Virus record (IMG/VR): IMGVR_UViG_3300013121_000033
Location: 32,001-96,000 of that record
From: a virus
Taxonomy: Duplodnaviria; Caudoviricetes
Reading direction: 5' to 3' (one strand)
Length of the DNA: 64,000 nucleotides
Every line of letters starts with the position of its first letter. Within the stretch, counting starts at the first letter, position 1. Positions 27,401-37,700 of this stretch are shown in pieces. The notes beneath the pieces are model-generated. The model was not told the origin of the DNA, did no database searches, and saw only the letters and a program-made list of their open reading frames with translations. Made by a program: the position numbers and the translations under genes.

Positions 27401-30400
27401 CGGGCACCGTCGAGCCTTGCGGGTAGCCGTGACGGTTCAGATAGTTGTCGGCGACGACAGCTTCGCCGGTGCCGCCCGCGTCGCGGATGCGGTCCCTGGT
27501 AGCTGCTCCCGCTCCCGTGGTTGTCCTGGTCGTGTTTGGAGTACGTGACGGCGCAGACACGACGCGGGTGCCGGGGCCGGGCTCGGCGTCGGAGAATCGA
27601 CCCCACTTCACCTTGAACCGTTCGCCGTTGTCGAGCGTCACCGTCGCGTAGGTGTCGTCCTGGTACTCGACAGCGACAGCGTCACCCTTCTGCACCCCGA
27701 GCCGGGACAAGTAGTTGTCGCGTGCGATCGCCAGAGTCGGGCCGTCAGAGGCACGAACCCGGTCCTTCACCGATGTCGGCAGGTCCACGGTCGGCGCGTC
27801 GAGCACATCTCCGGTCAGGGACTTTGCCCCGGCCCATGACGCCGACCCCAACAGGACTTCACGGCCGACGGGATCGCGTGCCACCTCGTACGGGGTCGGG
27901 TATCCGTCGGGTGCCTTCATGCGCACCATCTCGGCGATCGACTTGCCGTCGCCTACCGCCACGAGTTGACGGCCGAGTTCATTGTCCGGGTCGCGTTCGA
28001 GTAGCAGGTTTCCGATCTGGTGGCCGCTCGCGACGGACGCCCAGTCGAACCCGGCGTCCGCCCATGCCAGCGCTCCGGTCATCCTGGTGTGGCCGGGACG
28101 GGCCGGTTCGGACACCGCCGTCACACTGAGGCGTTGCACACCTTGAGCGGCGAGGCCGTCCTCGATGTGGGCGGCGAGGCGGGTCCCGACCCCTTTGCCG
28201 GTGTGGGCACCTTCGAGTTCCATGGACGCCAGGTGAGCGACCGGGGAGCCGTCCTCATCGAGTGAGAGACGGTAGGTGTAGATGCCGACCTTGTCGCCGT
28301 TGTGGGTGATCTCGCCGGTGACGTCGATGCTGTGATCCCGGGCCAGGCGCACCGACGGCGTCGCCGTGTATCCGTCGCCCAAGTCCGCGGTGAACACCGG
28401 GGCCAGCCGGTCCTTGACCGACGCATCCCACGTCGACCGGTCCGCCCCCGCTGCCGCAAGGACGTCGCCGAGGGGGCGTGCGGTGTCGGCGGTTTGGGCG
28501 TCGAGTGCTGCCCGTTCGATGAGGCCGCGGAGGACGCCGACGGAAACGGGCGAGTCGCTGGTGATCTCGGTGCCGTCCGCGGTGGACGCCCAACGCGCCC
28601 CAGCACGACCGCCGTACGAACCGAGCGTCTTGCCAGACGCGGTGAGGACCGTGAACTTTCCGGCACCGTCACGCCGAACGCGGGTCGCTTCGCCGGTCGC
28701 GGCTTCCCACGGGGTCGCGAGAGGCTGCATCCCTGTGTCGGTTCGCGGTGCAGGGGATTCGGCAGTGTCGGGGCGGATGTGGAGGACCGCCCAGAAGTGG
28801 ACGCTCTGTTCGTCTCCGGCTTCGGCGGTGAGAACTTCGCGGTGGGCGACGGCGACCTCATAGGGGGTCAGGTCGGTGTCGGTCAACGGTTCCCCCGCGA
28901 CGAGTTTGCGGGTCACCTCCGCCATTCGGTCGGCCATCACGTCGTCGCCGACGGAGCGGAGGTTCGACTCGATGTGGTTCAGGTCTTGTTTGCCCCCCGG
29001 TGCGAACCAGTCCGGGTTGAGGCCCCAGTCGAACCCGGCCTTCGCCCAGGTGTAAGCGCCGTTGAGGTCGCCGCCTCCCGCTGAGGACGTCGCGTTCATG
29101 ACGACTCGGTCGACCCCGGCGGACCGGTAGGCGTCGAGGGACGCGGCGAGGAACCGGGTGCCGATCCCGTTGCCCTGCTGGTCCTTGTCGAGGACGAACT
29201 GGTCGTGCACGACGACGGCTTCGCCGTAGTCGAAGTGCCGAGAGCGGACGTAACGAGTGAACGTACCGACCGTCTGACCTTCGACTTCGATGCGGCCACG
29301 AACGGTGGTGTTCCCTCCGATCGCGCCTGGCTCGATGTCGTCCACGACGGATCGTGTGTCGTCACCGAGGTCGTGCTCGAACAGGCTTCGGATGAACGCC
29401 GGGTCCTCCGACACGGTTAGTGCGTCGTCAGCCGGACCGTCCAACTTCGGGACGTCAGCCAACCGGCGGCCAGCCAGCGTTGGCGGTTCTGTAACCGCAG
29501 GAAGTTCCGCTCGGGCGGTCATCGCAGCGGCGTGCCGTTCAGGGAACGTGTTGAACGGAGCGGTTGGGACCCCGTCGATCGGCTCGGGCCACGCTTCGAT
29601 CGCGTCGATGATCTTCGGATCGCGGACGACGATCACTTCGTCCTTGTCTGCGCCGCCCTTTCCGAGTACCTGGTCGATGGGGAAGTCGCGGGTGGTATCG
29701 TTGCGCCCCCACTTCTTCGGTGACCCCGGGTTGTCACGATTCCGGTTCTTCTCTGCTGGCAGCGTTGACCACGACGTCAGCCCCGACGTAGCTGTGTCGC
29801 CTTTGCGCCCCGGGCTCCCATACCGGCCGGGGTCGTTCCCACCGAAGGGGTCTTTCGAGTCGGAGCCCCGGCTCAACGTCACCGTTTCGGGGGCGCGCTC
29901 CGCCCACAAGCGGTGCATCGTCTTGAGCCCCTGTACCTGCTCCGGCTGCGGGTCCTCGGACTTCATGACATCGGAGAGCAAGCGACGGGTCCAGGCGAAC
30001 AAACTGAACCGTTCGGCTTCGGCACCGGGCTCACCCCACGAGGCGTTCGGGTCGAACCCGGGAAGCAGTTTCGTGATGTCCTCGAAAGCGGCCAATTCCT
30101 CTGGGGTCAGGTCGTCCCGTGTCGGGGCCTTCATCGCCGCCTCAAGTGACCGGGCGGCGGCGGGGGTGTCGGCGGCAGGGGCGGTGAGGCGGTCGATGTT
30201 GCGGGCGTGCCAGTTCGCGAGTTCGCGTTGGGCGGCGTCCCACACGTTGCGGTCGTCGCCAGAACGGTCCGGGCGGGGGCCGAGGACCAGTTCGGACCAG
30301 CGGCCGCCGTTCTCCCGCCACAAGCCACGCCCGAAGTCGGGGTCGTCATGGGCGCGTTTGTCGAGCAACCCCAAGAACTCGGTGCGGGCCTTCCCGTCGC

Positions 30401-30713
30401 CCTTGAACAGAGCGCGGAGGATGCGGGCCGAGATGTAGCCCTTCGGTGCGAACTTCCCGGTGGACGGGTCATGCCAGAACCCGAGTTCGTCGAACCCGCC
30501 GACGCCTTCGCCGACGTCGCGGCGAACCCGACGCGCAGCAGCGGTCACGCCCGGGTCGCGGCGGCCGGGGCGAGCGGCGGCGATCTCCGTGTAGCTGTAG
30601 CCGTCGGCGAGGAGCGCGGCGCGCTGCTCTGCCCACAGTTCAAGGTCGACCGGGACGGTGTCGACGGGCGGCCCAAGGTTCGGTTCGGTGAGCGGGACAG
30701 CAGGCGTGGTCAC
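24426..30713 (-). CDS. Giant polyvalent protein 3: shared leader, ART-like domain, two GNAT domains, two SH3-like repeats, C-terminal zincin
   Basis: VTLSRG..GLTSWST..DEVIV; QQGNGIGTRF and HTGKGVGTRL acetyl-CoA motifs; HEFGH..EVFTT. Confidence 0.75.
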   Translation of the reverse strand: MTTPAVPLTEPNLGPPVDTVPVDLELWAEQRAALLADGYSYTEIAAARPGRRDPGVTAAARRVRRDVGEGVGGFDELGFWHDPSTGKFAPKGYISARILRALFKGDGKARTEFLGLLDKRAHDDPDFGRGLWRENGGRWSELVLGPRPDRSGDDRNVWDAAQRELANWHARNIDRLTAPAADTPAAARSLEAAMKAPTRDDLTPEELAAFEDITKLLPGFDPNASWGEPGAEAERFSLFAWTRRLLSDVMKSEDPQPEQVQGLKTMHRLWAERAPETVTLSRGSDSKDPFGGNDPGRYGSPGRKGDTATSGLTSWSTLPAEKNRNRDNPGSPKKWGRNDTTRDFPIDQVLGKGGADKDEVIVVRDPKIIDAIEAWPEPIDGVPTAPFNTFPERHAAAMTARAELPAVTEPPTLAGRRLADVPKLDGPADDALTVSEDPAFIRSLFEHDLGDDTRSVVDDIEPGAIGGNTTVRGRIEVEGQTVGTFTRYVRSRHFDYGEAVVVHDQFVLDKDQQGNGIGTRFLAASLDAYRSAGVDRVVMNATSSAGGGDLNGAYTWAKAGFDWGLNPDWFAPGGKQDLNHIESNLRSVGDDVMADRMAEVTRKLVAGEPLTDTDLTPYEVAVAHREVLTAEAGDEQSVHFWAVLHIRPDTAESPAPRTDTGMQPLATPWEAATGEATRVRRDGAGKFTVLTASGKTLGSYGGRAGARWASTADGTEITSDSPVSVGVLRGLIERAALDAQTADTARPLGDVLAAAGADRSTWDASVKDRLAPVFTADLGDGYTATPSVRLARDHSIDVTGEITHNGDKVGIYTYRLSLDEDGSPVAHLASMELEGAHTGKGVGTRLAAHIEDGLAAQGVQRLSVTAVSEPARPGHTRMTGALAWADAGFDWASVASGHQIGNLLLERDPDNELGRQLVAVGDGKSIAEMVRMKAPDGYPTPYEVARDPVGREVLLGSASWAGAKSLTGDVLDAPTVDLPTSVKDRVRASDGPTLAIARDNYLSRLGVQKGDAVAVEYQDDTYATVTLDNGERFKVKWGRFSDAEPGPGTRVVSAPSRTPNTTRTTTGAGAATRDRIRDAGGTGEAVVADNYLNRHGYPQGSTVPVEYVDDTYARIPRDDQPALKVKWSRFADTAPDGAAPDPEPQGPTPSAAASFTDVSAARQALFSAVGDLDPADVARYWRDVDAAAVKRRLDGPTSYAMADITQPDDPQRAVAAFLRSNATTANATQGGGVTVGNVDVQWPAYEIGSVGGRAIYTTTPINGVKPVTLNWGNVHGTLNDTDGVPTFLWANPPLDADTTARVPLPDDIDARIDALIPDIANGLDLVTEAERGSGIKAALRTITRKPSVMFDASDPEARKFLPEGTALRSANGNEAVVDLDGVWHRRAAYGSSASEPVVEPTGMWRVTTWPPGAQPLTVSVNVRDHTVGWSPFPYGFMNSTLPVSDEDHIVLPVTDPRVSRLLAVADAAAGAADADRVVLSLRSGRGATISGREDNLVQALMTRSRDTIRDLRSGSNDDTVAARWVGGHFVADPDGDVSLPARDIVYAEPNGDGGTDLWTSISTADELGVIPDPDYTVALDETRPWEERVAALAAARQTVLDGLPADHASWFSRPESQEPGDGELLDRIESDNLTPDERTSVRNLDRVEEFGAALTAVVDARFTALFPDYGEGDESPTPIRAAIVNTVLNGVGNPTPETDPADVAAVTERLGWLRNTDINDFSTWKTYDGYEVYAYFDPDTGQPNGLSARIPTGGIASKVAIHVSKGGQVKMTWSYPTTGVSERTGEVYRRTESTTVILDGNGADILKTIARRRRAAELEGASEVPDITRAWVDTMEALGIPMGVDAHAVFAASGKYPEDKPFARLGNNDVRRTAEAGLRIFPTSWSAIFRRVPQRLAIQGARGLGGGTHWNEGRTHKLSVPSVTKQPKYVDVVSHEFGHSFEDTLAGLTAAEAWHLIRRVAADPDRKKFRWTRQVSGRHPQGWKDEFADEYSGRLYKPSVGDGGNFEVFTTAVQQFSKSNRRHRESRTWLADPKLAAFAAGLMATITPTTPAGVDGNTTPIQGAPLPGTPTPVAPLPTPDVAASTAGAAAGTVAP

Positions 30714-33700
30714 GGTGCAACTCCGGGGGCTGCGGCGGGTGCGCCGGTGCCGATGATGTTGGTGTTCATCCAGTCGATGAGGGCTTGGGCTTCGGGACCG
30801 AAGTCGGACGTATCGCCGCCCAGGGCGGCGGCTGCGAACGCCTCAGCGAACCCTTCCTGCGCGTTCTCGTTCGAGTAGAACGAGATGAACCGGCGCTTCA
30901 TCCGCGACAGACGATCTCCCGAGCCGCCCCAGGCGTTCTCCCATTCCGATGTGTACGCGGCGTGGTAGCGGTCCCACAGCCGTTTCCATTCGTCGGCGAG
31001 CGGGGTGCCGACCCACCCCACGTCGGAGATCGAGTCGTGGACGTAGTGGCCGGTTTCATGGGTGAGGACAGCGCGGCGGTCCGGGGTTTCGCTGCCTCGT
31101 AACCATCCGACGGTGGTGACGTCGCCGATATCGAACCGGTCCCCGCGGACGTTCACGGCGATCGGGTCGCCGCCGATCTCGCGACGCGAGTTCAACCACA
31201 CCGTCCCCGAGCCCTGCTGATAGTTGGCGGTCGCCGGTTCGTGCTCGGGATCGCGCCGGTAGCTGACGATGAGTCGCGGCTGGTCGATCCCGAGTCGAGC
31301 GAAAGCTTGTTGGACTCGATCGTTCGCCATCGCTTCACGCCAGTCGGACTCGACATCTGCGATGACAGCCGGGTCGAGTTCGCTGTCGATGATCGGTGGG
31401 CTTTCACGCCACCGCCGTTCGCGGCTCTTCCCTTCGAACCGTTGCCGCCACTTCTCGAACTCGCGGGCGATCACATCGGGGTCGCGACGGTAGAACGCGA
31501 GCGCCAACTGTTCGGTATCGGTCAGCTTGTAGCCGCGGGCTTCGCGCCACAGTGCGGTACCGATCAGGCCGTCGCGGCCCGACAGAGCGTTGCGTTCCTC
31601 GGGGGTCATCGCTTCGATCTCGGCGAGGCGTTCCGGCGGGTGGCTGTCGAGGAGCGATTGGACACGGACGAGCGCGACGGACTGTGCATCCGACGCGGGG
31701 CGGCCGCGGTCGGCCCACAGGTCGGTGCCGTCGGCGACGAGCTTCGCGACGTCGGCTTTCTTGAGGCGCTTTGCGGCAGGCGTCGTGCGGGGCGGGACGG
31801 GTGGCGGGTCGGGACGGAGGTTGAGGACACCGTCCCACGCGCCGACCCCGGACTTCATGATGTCGGGATGGATGGTCGCGACTTCGTAGGGGGTGATGTC
31901 GGACGCGTCGAGTGGTTCCCCGGCGTCGAACTTTGCTCGCACCTGTTCGACCCGGTCCGCCATGGCGTCGTCGCCCGCGGCGCGGAGGTGACGTCCGATT
32001 TCGCCGAGCGACGAATGGTGGGTGGGGTCCCAGTCGAACCCGGCGCGCGCCCAGGTGTAGCCGCCGTTCGCGCCGAGGTTCGGGTCGGAGACGGCGTACA
32101 CGGTGACCTTGTCGACCCCGGCTGCGAGGTAGGCGTCGAGCGACGCGGCGAGGAACCGGGTGCCGATCCCTTGCCCCTGGTGGGCGGGGTCGATCGCCAG
32201 GTCGATCTGGTAGGCGGTCGCTGCGCCGTCGCTGTCGATGTAGAAGCTGCGGTCGAACTGGCCGACCTCGACACCGTCGCTGTCCTCGATCACCCCCGAG
32301 ACGACGAGTTGCCCGTTCGACAACGTCGCTTCGGTCACCTTCGACCGGACGCCGTCGCCGAGGTCGTGTTCGAGTAGCGACCTCGCCAACGTCTCGGCGT
32401 GCGCGGTGCGTTCGTGGCCGAGATCGACACCCTTGTAGTCGTTGAGACTGTCGACCGGGCCGACCGCTTGGGGGAGGACCGCCCGGAGGCGTGACTCGAT
32501 GGCGCGTTGTTCGTTCTCGGGGTTCGCCGGGGCTGTCTGGTTCGCGGCGGGTAGCCACTCGCGAACCCGGTTCCACCAGCGGTCACCGTCGTTGGTGCGG
32601 TAGCCGGGGTCGACTTTGGCGTTGGGGTCGGTCGCGGCGAGCGTGTAGGCGAGGAGCGCGTCGGCGGCCTGTTCGCCCCGGTGGCCTGGGTCGACTTCGA
32701 CCATGCGGATCGCGAGTTCGCCGTGGCCGGACGTGTAGTCGAGGTAGCCGATCGGGTCCCCGGTGACCGTGTCGTTCATCACGTAGGACGACAGGTAGTA
32801 GCCGTCGATCGAGTCGCCGCCCGACGAGACGACAGTGACCGCTCGCCCATTCGGCAGCTTGAACGCCGAGACGGGTTCCTCCCAACCGGTGACGGGGTGC
32901 GGGGGTTTCGTCGGCCACGGCTCACCGAACTTCGGGGTCGGCAGGTCGATGCGTTCGTCGGCGAACCCGGAGGGCGGCTCGGGCTTGACCAACGGGATAC
33001 GGTCGCGTAGCTCCCGTTCCAACGCCGGGTCGATGGGGGCGGACGGCGACTCGGGGGCGGCGGCGAGTTCGATGTCGCCGTACGCAGTGAACTCTGCGCC
33101 CTTCGGGTAGCCGCCCGGCTCGTCGCCGGTGAGATGCCCGAGGGACACCGCGCCCCGGGCGGAGACGGCTCCGTCGGCGGTGCGGGTGAAGCGTTGACCG
33201 ATGCGGTCCTCGAACTCGGCTCCGACCGGCAGGTCGGCGATGCGGTCCTGACCGAACTTGGAGCCGCCCGGGATCACGTCGCCGACGGGGCGGGGGGTGA
33301 CGGTGCGGGCGGCGTCGGGGACGGGGAGGCCGTGGCGGTCGGCCTGGTCGATCACCCACTGGTGGAGGGCTGGTTGGTGGTCGACGAGCCACTGCGGGTT
33401 GGTGTGCAGAAGCGCGTACGCTTCGGCGGTCATCTCGTCGGGATTGTCGTGGGACGGAATCCACGACGGCCCATCGGTCAGACGGTTGTAGGCGGCCTGC
33501 TTGTCCGCTGCCGGGAGCATGGCGTCGAGGACGTGCCCGGCTTCGTGGTACAGGGTTGCCCGGCGGGTTTCGGGGGGGCTCGACCAGTAGTCCGGGCTGA
33601 CCCGCAGGTAGACGTTTCCGTCGCGGTGCTCGTAACTTGCGTGGGCTCGTGCCCCGGGTTGAAGCCACCCGGGTGACCGCCCTGCGGCAACATCGGCCTG

Positions 33701-34234
33701 GTCGTATTGCCACGGGCGTGTCGTTTCCCAGTCGGCGATACCGAGGCGAGCGATGTCGGGGCGGAACACGTCGGCACGTTCTTGGTCCGCGGTGCGGGAC
33801 AGGGTGGGGGGGTGCCAGTTGCGGACCTCACGGAACCCGGCATCCCAAGCGTTGCGGTCGGGGCCTGCGATTGCGGGACGGTCCCCGAACGCTTCTACGG
33901 CCCACCGGGTGTCGTCGCGGAGCCCGGTGTCCCATCCGGGGGTGGAGCGGTAGTGGTCGTCGAGCAGCCTCCTGATCTCGGATCGGGCCTGGCCGTCGCC
34001 GCGGAGTAGGCGGCGGAGCAGGTTGAACGACACGAACCCGCGGGGCGCGAACTGGCCGTTGCCGGGGTCGTGCCAGTTCCCGAGTTCGTCGAGGCCGCCT
34101 TTCGCTTCGTCCTCGACGCGGCGGCGGACAGCGGCGGTGACAGGAGCGAGCAGGTCGATGACGTCGCTGAGCGGGACCCCGGCGGCGAGAAGAGCGGCCC
34201 TGCTAGCAGCGTAATCAGGGGCCGACGTCGACAC
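30710..34234 (-). CDS. Giant polyvalent protein 2: shared leader, zincin, two GNAT domains, C-terminal zincin
   Basis: HEAGH..EMTAE; VDPGHRGE; HQGQGIGTRF; HETGH..EGFAEAF; likely GTG start at 34234. Confidence 0.75.
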   Translation of the reverse strand: MSTSAPDYAASRAALLAAGVPLSDVIDLLAPVTAAVRRRVEDEAKGGLDELGNWHDPGNGQFAPRGFVSFNLLRRLLRGDGQARSEIRRLLDDHYRSTPGWDTGLRDDTRWAVEAFGDRPAIAGPDRNAWDAGFREVRNWHPPTLSRTADQERADVFRPDIARLGIADWETTRPWQYDQADVAAGRSPGWLQPGARAHASYEHRDGNVYLRVSPDYWSSPPETRRATLYHEAGHVLDAMLPAADKQAAYNRLTDGPSWIPSHDNPDEMTAEAYALLHTNPQWLVDHQPALHQWVIDQADRHGLPVPDAARTVTPRPVGDVIPGGSKFGQDRIADLPVGAEFEDRIGQRFTRTADGAVSARGAVSLGHLTGDEPGGYPKGAEFTAYGDIELAAAPESPSAPIDPALERELRDRIPLVKPEPPSGFADERIDLPTPKFGEPWPTKPPHPVTGWEEPVSAFKLPNGRAVTVVSSGGDSIDGYYLSSYVMNDTVTGDPIGYLDYTSGHGELAIRMVEVDPGHRGEQAADALLAYTLAATDPNAKVDPGYRTNDGDRWWNRVREWLPAANQTAPANPENEQRAIESRLRAVLPQAVGPVDSLNDYKGVDLGHERTAHAETLARSLLEHDLGDGVRSKVTEATLSNGQLVVSGVIEDSDGVEVGQFDRSFYIDSDGAATAYQIDLAIDPAHQGQGIGTRFLAASLDAYLAAGVDKVTVYAVSDPNLGANGGYTWARAGFDWDPTHHSSLGEIGRHLRAAGDDAMADRVEQVRAKFDAGEPLDASDITPYEVATIHPDIMKSGVGAWDGVLNLRPDPPPVPPRTTPAAKRLKKADVAKLVADGTDLWADRGRPASDAQSVALVRVQSLLDSHPPERLAEIEAMTPEERNALSGRDGLIGTALWREARGYKLTDTEQLALAFYRRDPDVIAREFEKWRQRFEGKSRERRWRESPPIIDSELDPAVIADVESDWREAMANDRVQQAFARLGIDQPRLIVSYRRDPEHEPATANYQQGSGTVWLNSRREIGGDPIAVNVRGDRFDIGDVTTVGWLRGSETPDRRAVLTHETGHYVHDSISDVGWVGTPLADEWKRLWDRYHAAYTSEWENAWGGSGDRLSRMKRRFISFYSNENAQEGFAEAFAAAALGGDTSDFGPEAQALIDWMNTNIIGTGAPAAAPGVAP

Positions 34235-34370
34235 TGTCGGTCCCGGTGTCGGCCTGCCGGTCGGCTTCGATCTGTTCGTAGATCGAGTCGGGCGGGTCGT
34301 CAGTCGTCGCTGTCCGAGCCCAGTCCAGGTAGGCAGCGTTGACGCGCCCGAGCAGTTCCGTCCGGTCCAT
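34215..34370 (-). CDS. 51-aa acidic protein (MDRTELLGRVNAAYLDW...)
   Basis: ATG 7 nt after the late-motif -10 element; below the ORF-track cutoff. Confidence 0.55.
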   Translation of the reverse strand: MDRTELLGRVNAAYLDWARTATTDDPPDSIYEQIEADRQADTGTDSVDVGP

Positions 34371-34377
34371 GCCGTCA

Positions 34378-34399
34378 AGTATGTCGGGTGGGTGTGTCA
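34378..34399 (-). promoter_or_regulatory. Late-promoter motif TGACACACCCA-N5-CATACT
   Basis: Same architecture as the other six copies. Confidence 0.7.
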
Positions 34400-34426
34400 G
34401 CGCCCGCCGTACATAGTTGATGATGG

Positions 34427-34738
34427 TCAGGTGGGGATGCGGGCCTCGCGCCAGGCGATCACCGTCGGGTACACGACGGGTTCGGTGTCGGTGATGACGC
34501 CCTTGTACTCGGACAGGTTGACCGGCAGGAACGTCTCCGGGTCGAACGGGTCGGCGTCGCGTGCGGTGAAGATCAGGGGATCGTCGGAGATGTCATCGAG
34601 GTACCGGCCGACGGGGTGACCGTCGGCGTCCTTGCCGATCTCGACGACCGGACGCTGGTCACCCCACTCTTCGTACATCTGCGTGTACTCGCCGTACTGC
34701 CAGGTGCCCTCAGGGTTGGTTGGGTCGAGCGGCCTCAT
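34427..34738 (-). CDS. Small acidic protein (candidate immunity)
   Basis: ATGA overlap with giant gene 1; same 24-bp junction as 24426-24449. Confidence 0.6.
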   Translation of the reverse strand: MRPLDPTNPEGTWQYGEYTQMYEEWGDQRPVVEIGKDADGHPVGRYLDDISDDPLIFTARDADPFDPETFLPVNLSEYKGVITDTEPVVYPTVIAWREARIPT

Positions 34739-37700
34739 GGCGCCACCGTACCCGCCGCTGCGGCGTCTCCCATCGCTGCGACGTCCACGGGGGCGTCCGG
34801 TGCGTCCGGTGCGCCACCTCCGATGCCGGGAAGCTGCGGGGTGAACGGTTGCGTTGTCGGCGTGGAAGGTTCAGCGATCGGGACGTCGACAGGTCGGACC
34901 GGGCGGATGTAGTCGAGGAAGTACGAGAACGCCTGCTCGGCTTCACGGCTGTACCCGCGGCGACGGTGGAACTTCGGGTGGGTGACCGTCGTGTAGAACT
35001 CGGCGATCAACTCGGCGCGGTTCGTTGCCGCATAGCGTGACACCTCAGCGATGACCGACTGGTTGTCGAGGACGTACTTGATGAACCGTTCACGTTCCCG
35101 GCGGCGGGTGTGTTCGAGTTTCCCGTCGATGACGTGGCCGAACTCGTGGCGGACGAGGCCGGTGACGGAACCGTCCGCCGAGAACGTCCACTTCCGTTTC
35201 GTCGCGTCGTCGAGGAACACTCCGTCGGGCACCATGCTTTTCGCGATGGGGCCGTCGGCGGGGTCGCCGATCTCGACGATCTCGTCGCCGACTTTCGTTC
35301 GGCTGCGTAGCAGTTCCGAGACGGCCGCCCACGCCGACGCGTCCGATTCGGCGCGTGACTTGTTGAACCCGATGACGGACGTACCGGTGACAACAAACGC
35401 GATCGTGTTCGGGTCGACGCCGTGAGAGAAGTAGCCGAACACGGGGGCGCCGAAGCTGTCGACCTGCGCGGCGAGCATCGGGCTGGACGCGACTGCTTCG
35501 GCCCATGACGCCATGGCGAGGTCGTGGTCTGCTGTCGCTTCGCTCCCGAAGCGGGCTCCGAACTTGTCGACCCAGAAGTCGGACAGCCCGGCCTTCTTGA
35601 ACTGTCCCGACCCGATCTGGTCGAGACTGTTCGCGGACTGCGCTGTCGGGAACGCTGCCCCGTCAGCGAACGCGTCGATGAGCCGCTTCCGAAGCTGGGC
35701 TTCGTCCATCCCAGCGTGGAGCAGGTTCCGCTGAGGCGGAGTCAGGTCGGAGGTGGCTTCGTGGCCGACGGCGATCTGGACGTCGGACCAGTTGAAGTCG
35801 GGGTGTTGAGCGAGAGCGGTGAGGACGGCAGTGGCGATCTTGTCGACGGCGGCGGTGTCGTCGGTGACGAGCCCGTTGCCCTTGATCTGGTCCGGTTCGG
35901 GGATCGCCGCGAGGATCGCCGAGGTGACGTCGGGTCGCTGTGCTGCAACGCGGTTGGTGCGGAGTTGGTCGGTGACGCGTTCGGCGAAGTCGATGAAGGC
36001 CCCGAGGCCGCCGACCTCGTAGCCGTTCTGGACTGCCATGAGGTCCGCGTCGGTGAACCCGTCGAGCGGCGGGAACGCTCCGATCGCAGACCCGAACTTG
36101 CGTGGTTGCGCCCCCATCGACTCTTGGAGCAGGTCGAGGTAGGCGATCGTGCTGCCGATCCGGTCAAGCGCGATCTGGTCGCCGCCGCGGGCGATGGCGA
36201 TGAGGTCGGGGAGGGTGGTTTCGAGGGTGCGGTTGAACTCGTCGAGTGCTGGACGGTTCCATCCGCCTTCGAGGCCGAGGGCGCGGGCTTCGGCGACGAG
36301 GTCCGCTGCCCGTTGGGTGGTGCGGCCGAATCGTTCGAGTCGCGCCGCTGTCGCCGCGTCGCTTTCCACGGTTCCGGTGCGGCGGAGGGCGTAGCGGATG
36401 GTGCCGACCTTCTTGCGGGCTTCGCCGATCTGGCCGAGAGTGACGTTCGGGTCGCCTGCCTGCCAGCGGGCTTCGAGGGTGCGGGCGACTGCCGTAGCAC
36501 GGTTCGCCCAATCTCCGGCGGCGAGGTCCGCTGCGGACATGTTGTAGGAGCGGACGTCGAGAACGGCTTGGAACTCGGAGGCCAGAACGTTGGGGTCGAG
36601 GATCAGCCCGGTGGGGTCGATGTCGGGGGCGTCGGGGATGGCGACGGGTTCGGTGACCCCTTCGTAGCCGTACTCTGCGAGACGTTCAGCGATCTGAGCG
36701 TCGAGTGCTTTGCGGGTCTTGGGGTCGAGGGTGTCGCGTTTCTCTGCGGCGTAGTTGAGCAGTGCGTTGACGGCGAGTGCTTTGCGTCGCTCGGAGGTGC
36801 CGGACTGGAAGTTCGAACCGCGGCCGTTGCGAGTGATTCGGGCTGCTGAGCCCCCCCACTCGAACGACTGCGAGTCGGTGCCCTTCATGATCTTGGCGTC
36901 CCAGATTCCGGTCTTGCGGTCGCGGCCGACGACGACATTCGAACCGCCCTTGTAGGAGCGGGTCACGGAGAGGCCGTCGGGGAGGAGGACGGTGACAGTC
37001 GACGACTCGGGGTTGAGGGTGTAGATGATCTCGGGTGACGCGTACCGGTCCGTCGAGTACGGGGCCGGTTCGCGCCATGCCGCGGTCGAGTCGTCGAACC
37101 CGGTGTAGTCCAGCGACGCCGTATCTGGCAACGGGTCCGGCCCGTTCGGCACGTCGACTGGTTCGTCGGGTTGTGACGGGGTGACCGCGAGGGTGGTGTC
37201 GGCGCCGACGAGGTCACGGAACGTGTCGTAGGGGATCAGGGTGCCGGACCCGGAACGGACGCCGTCGGATTCTGTCGTGTAGGTCGTCCCGGACGGCATC
37301 GTGACAGTCGATCCCAACGGGAAGTCGCGGAGGCCGTCCGGGGTCGACGGGCGCGTCTCGGGGACGTCCGGGTTGGGGGCGTCCGGTTCGGGGACCGGGG
37401 CGGCGAGGTTCGCTGCGGTCCATCCGTCCTGCCACGCCTTGAGAACGTCGATGTTGGACCCGACCTCCGGGTTGAGGACCAGGTTCTTGTCGAGGGCCGG
37501 GGCGTTCGTCTTGCCATCCCGGTATGCCTGCGCGCCGAGTTGGCGGGCCTCTTCGACCGTCGTGAACGGACGGTCCGGCACTTCCAGGGCCTCGGGGACG
37601 TCCGGGGTGGTGTCAGGGACGGAGTCGACGATCCACCGGTCGCCCCGAAGGCCCTGGCTGATCGCCCCCCACCCGTCGGCCGGGGGTGACCAGATGTCGC

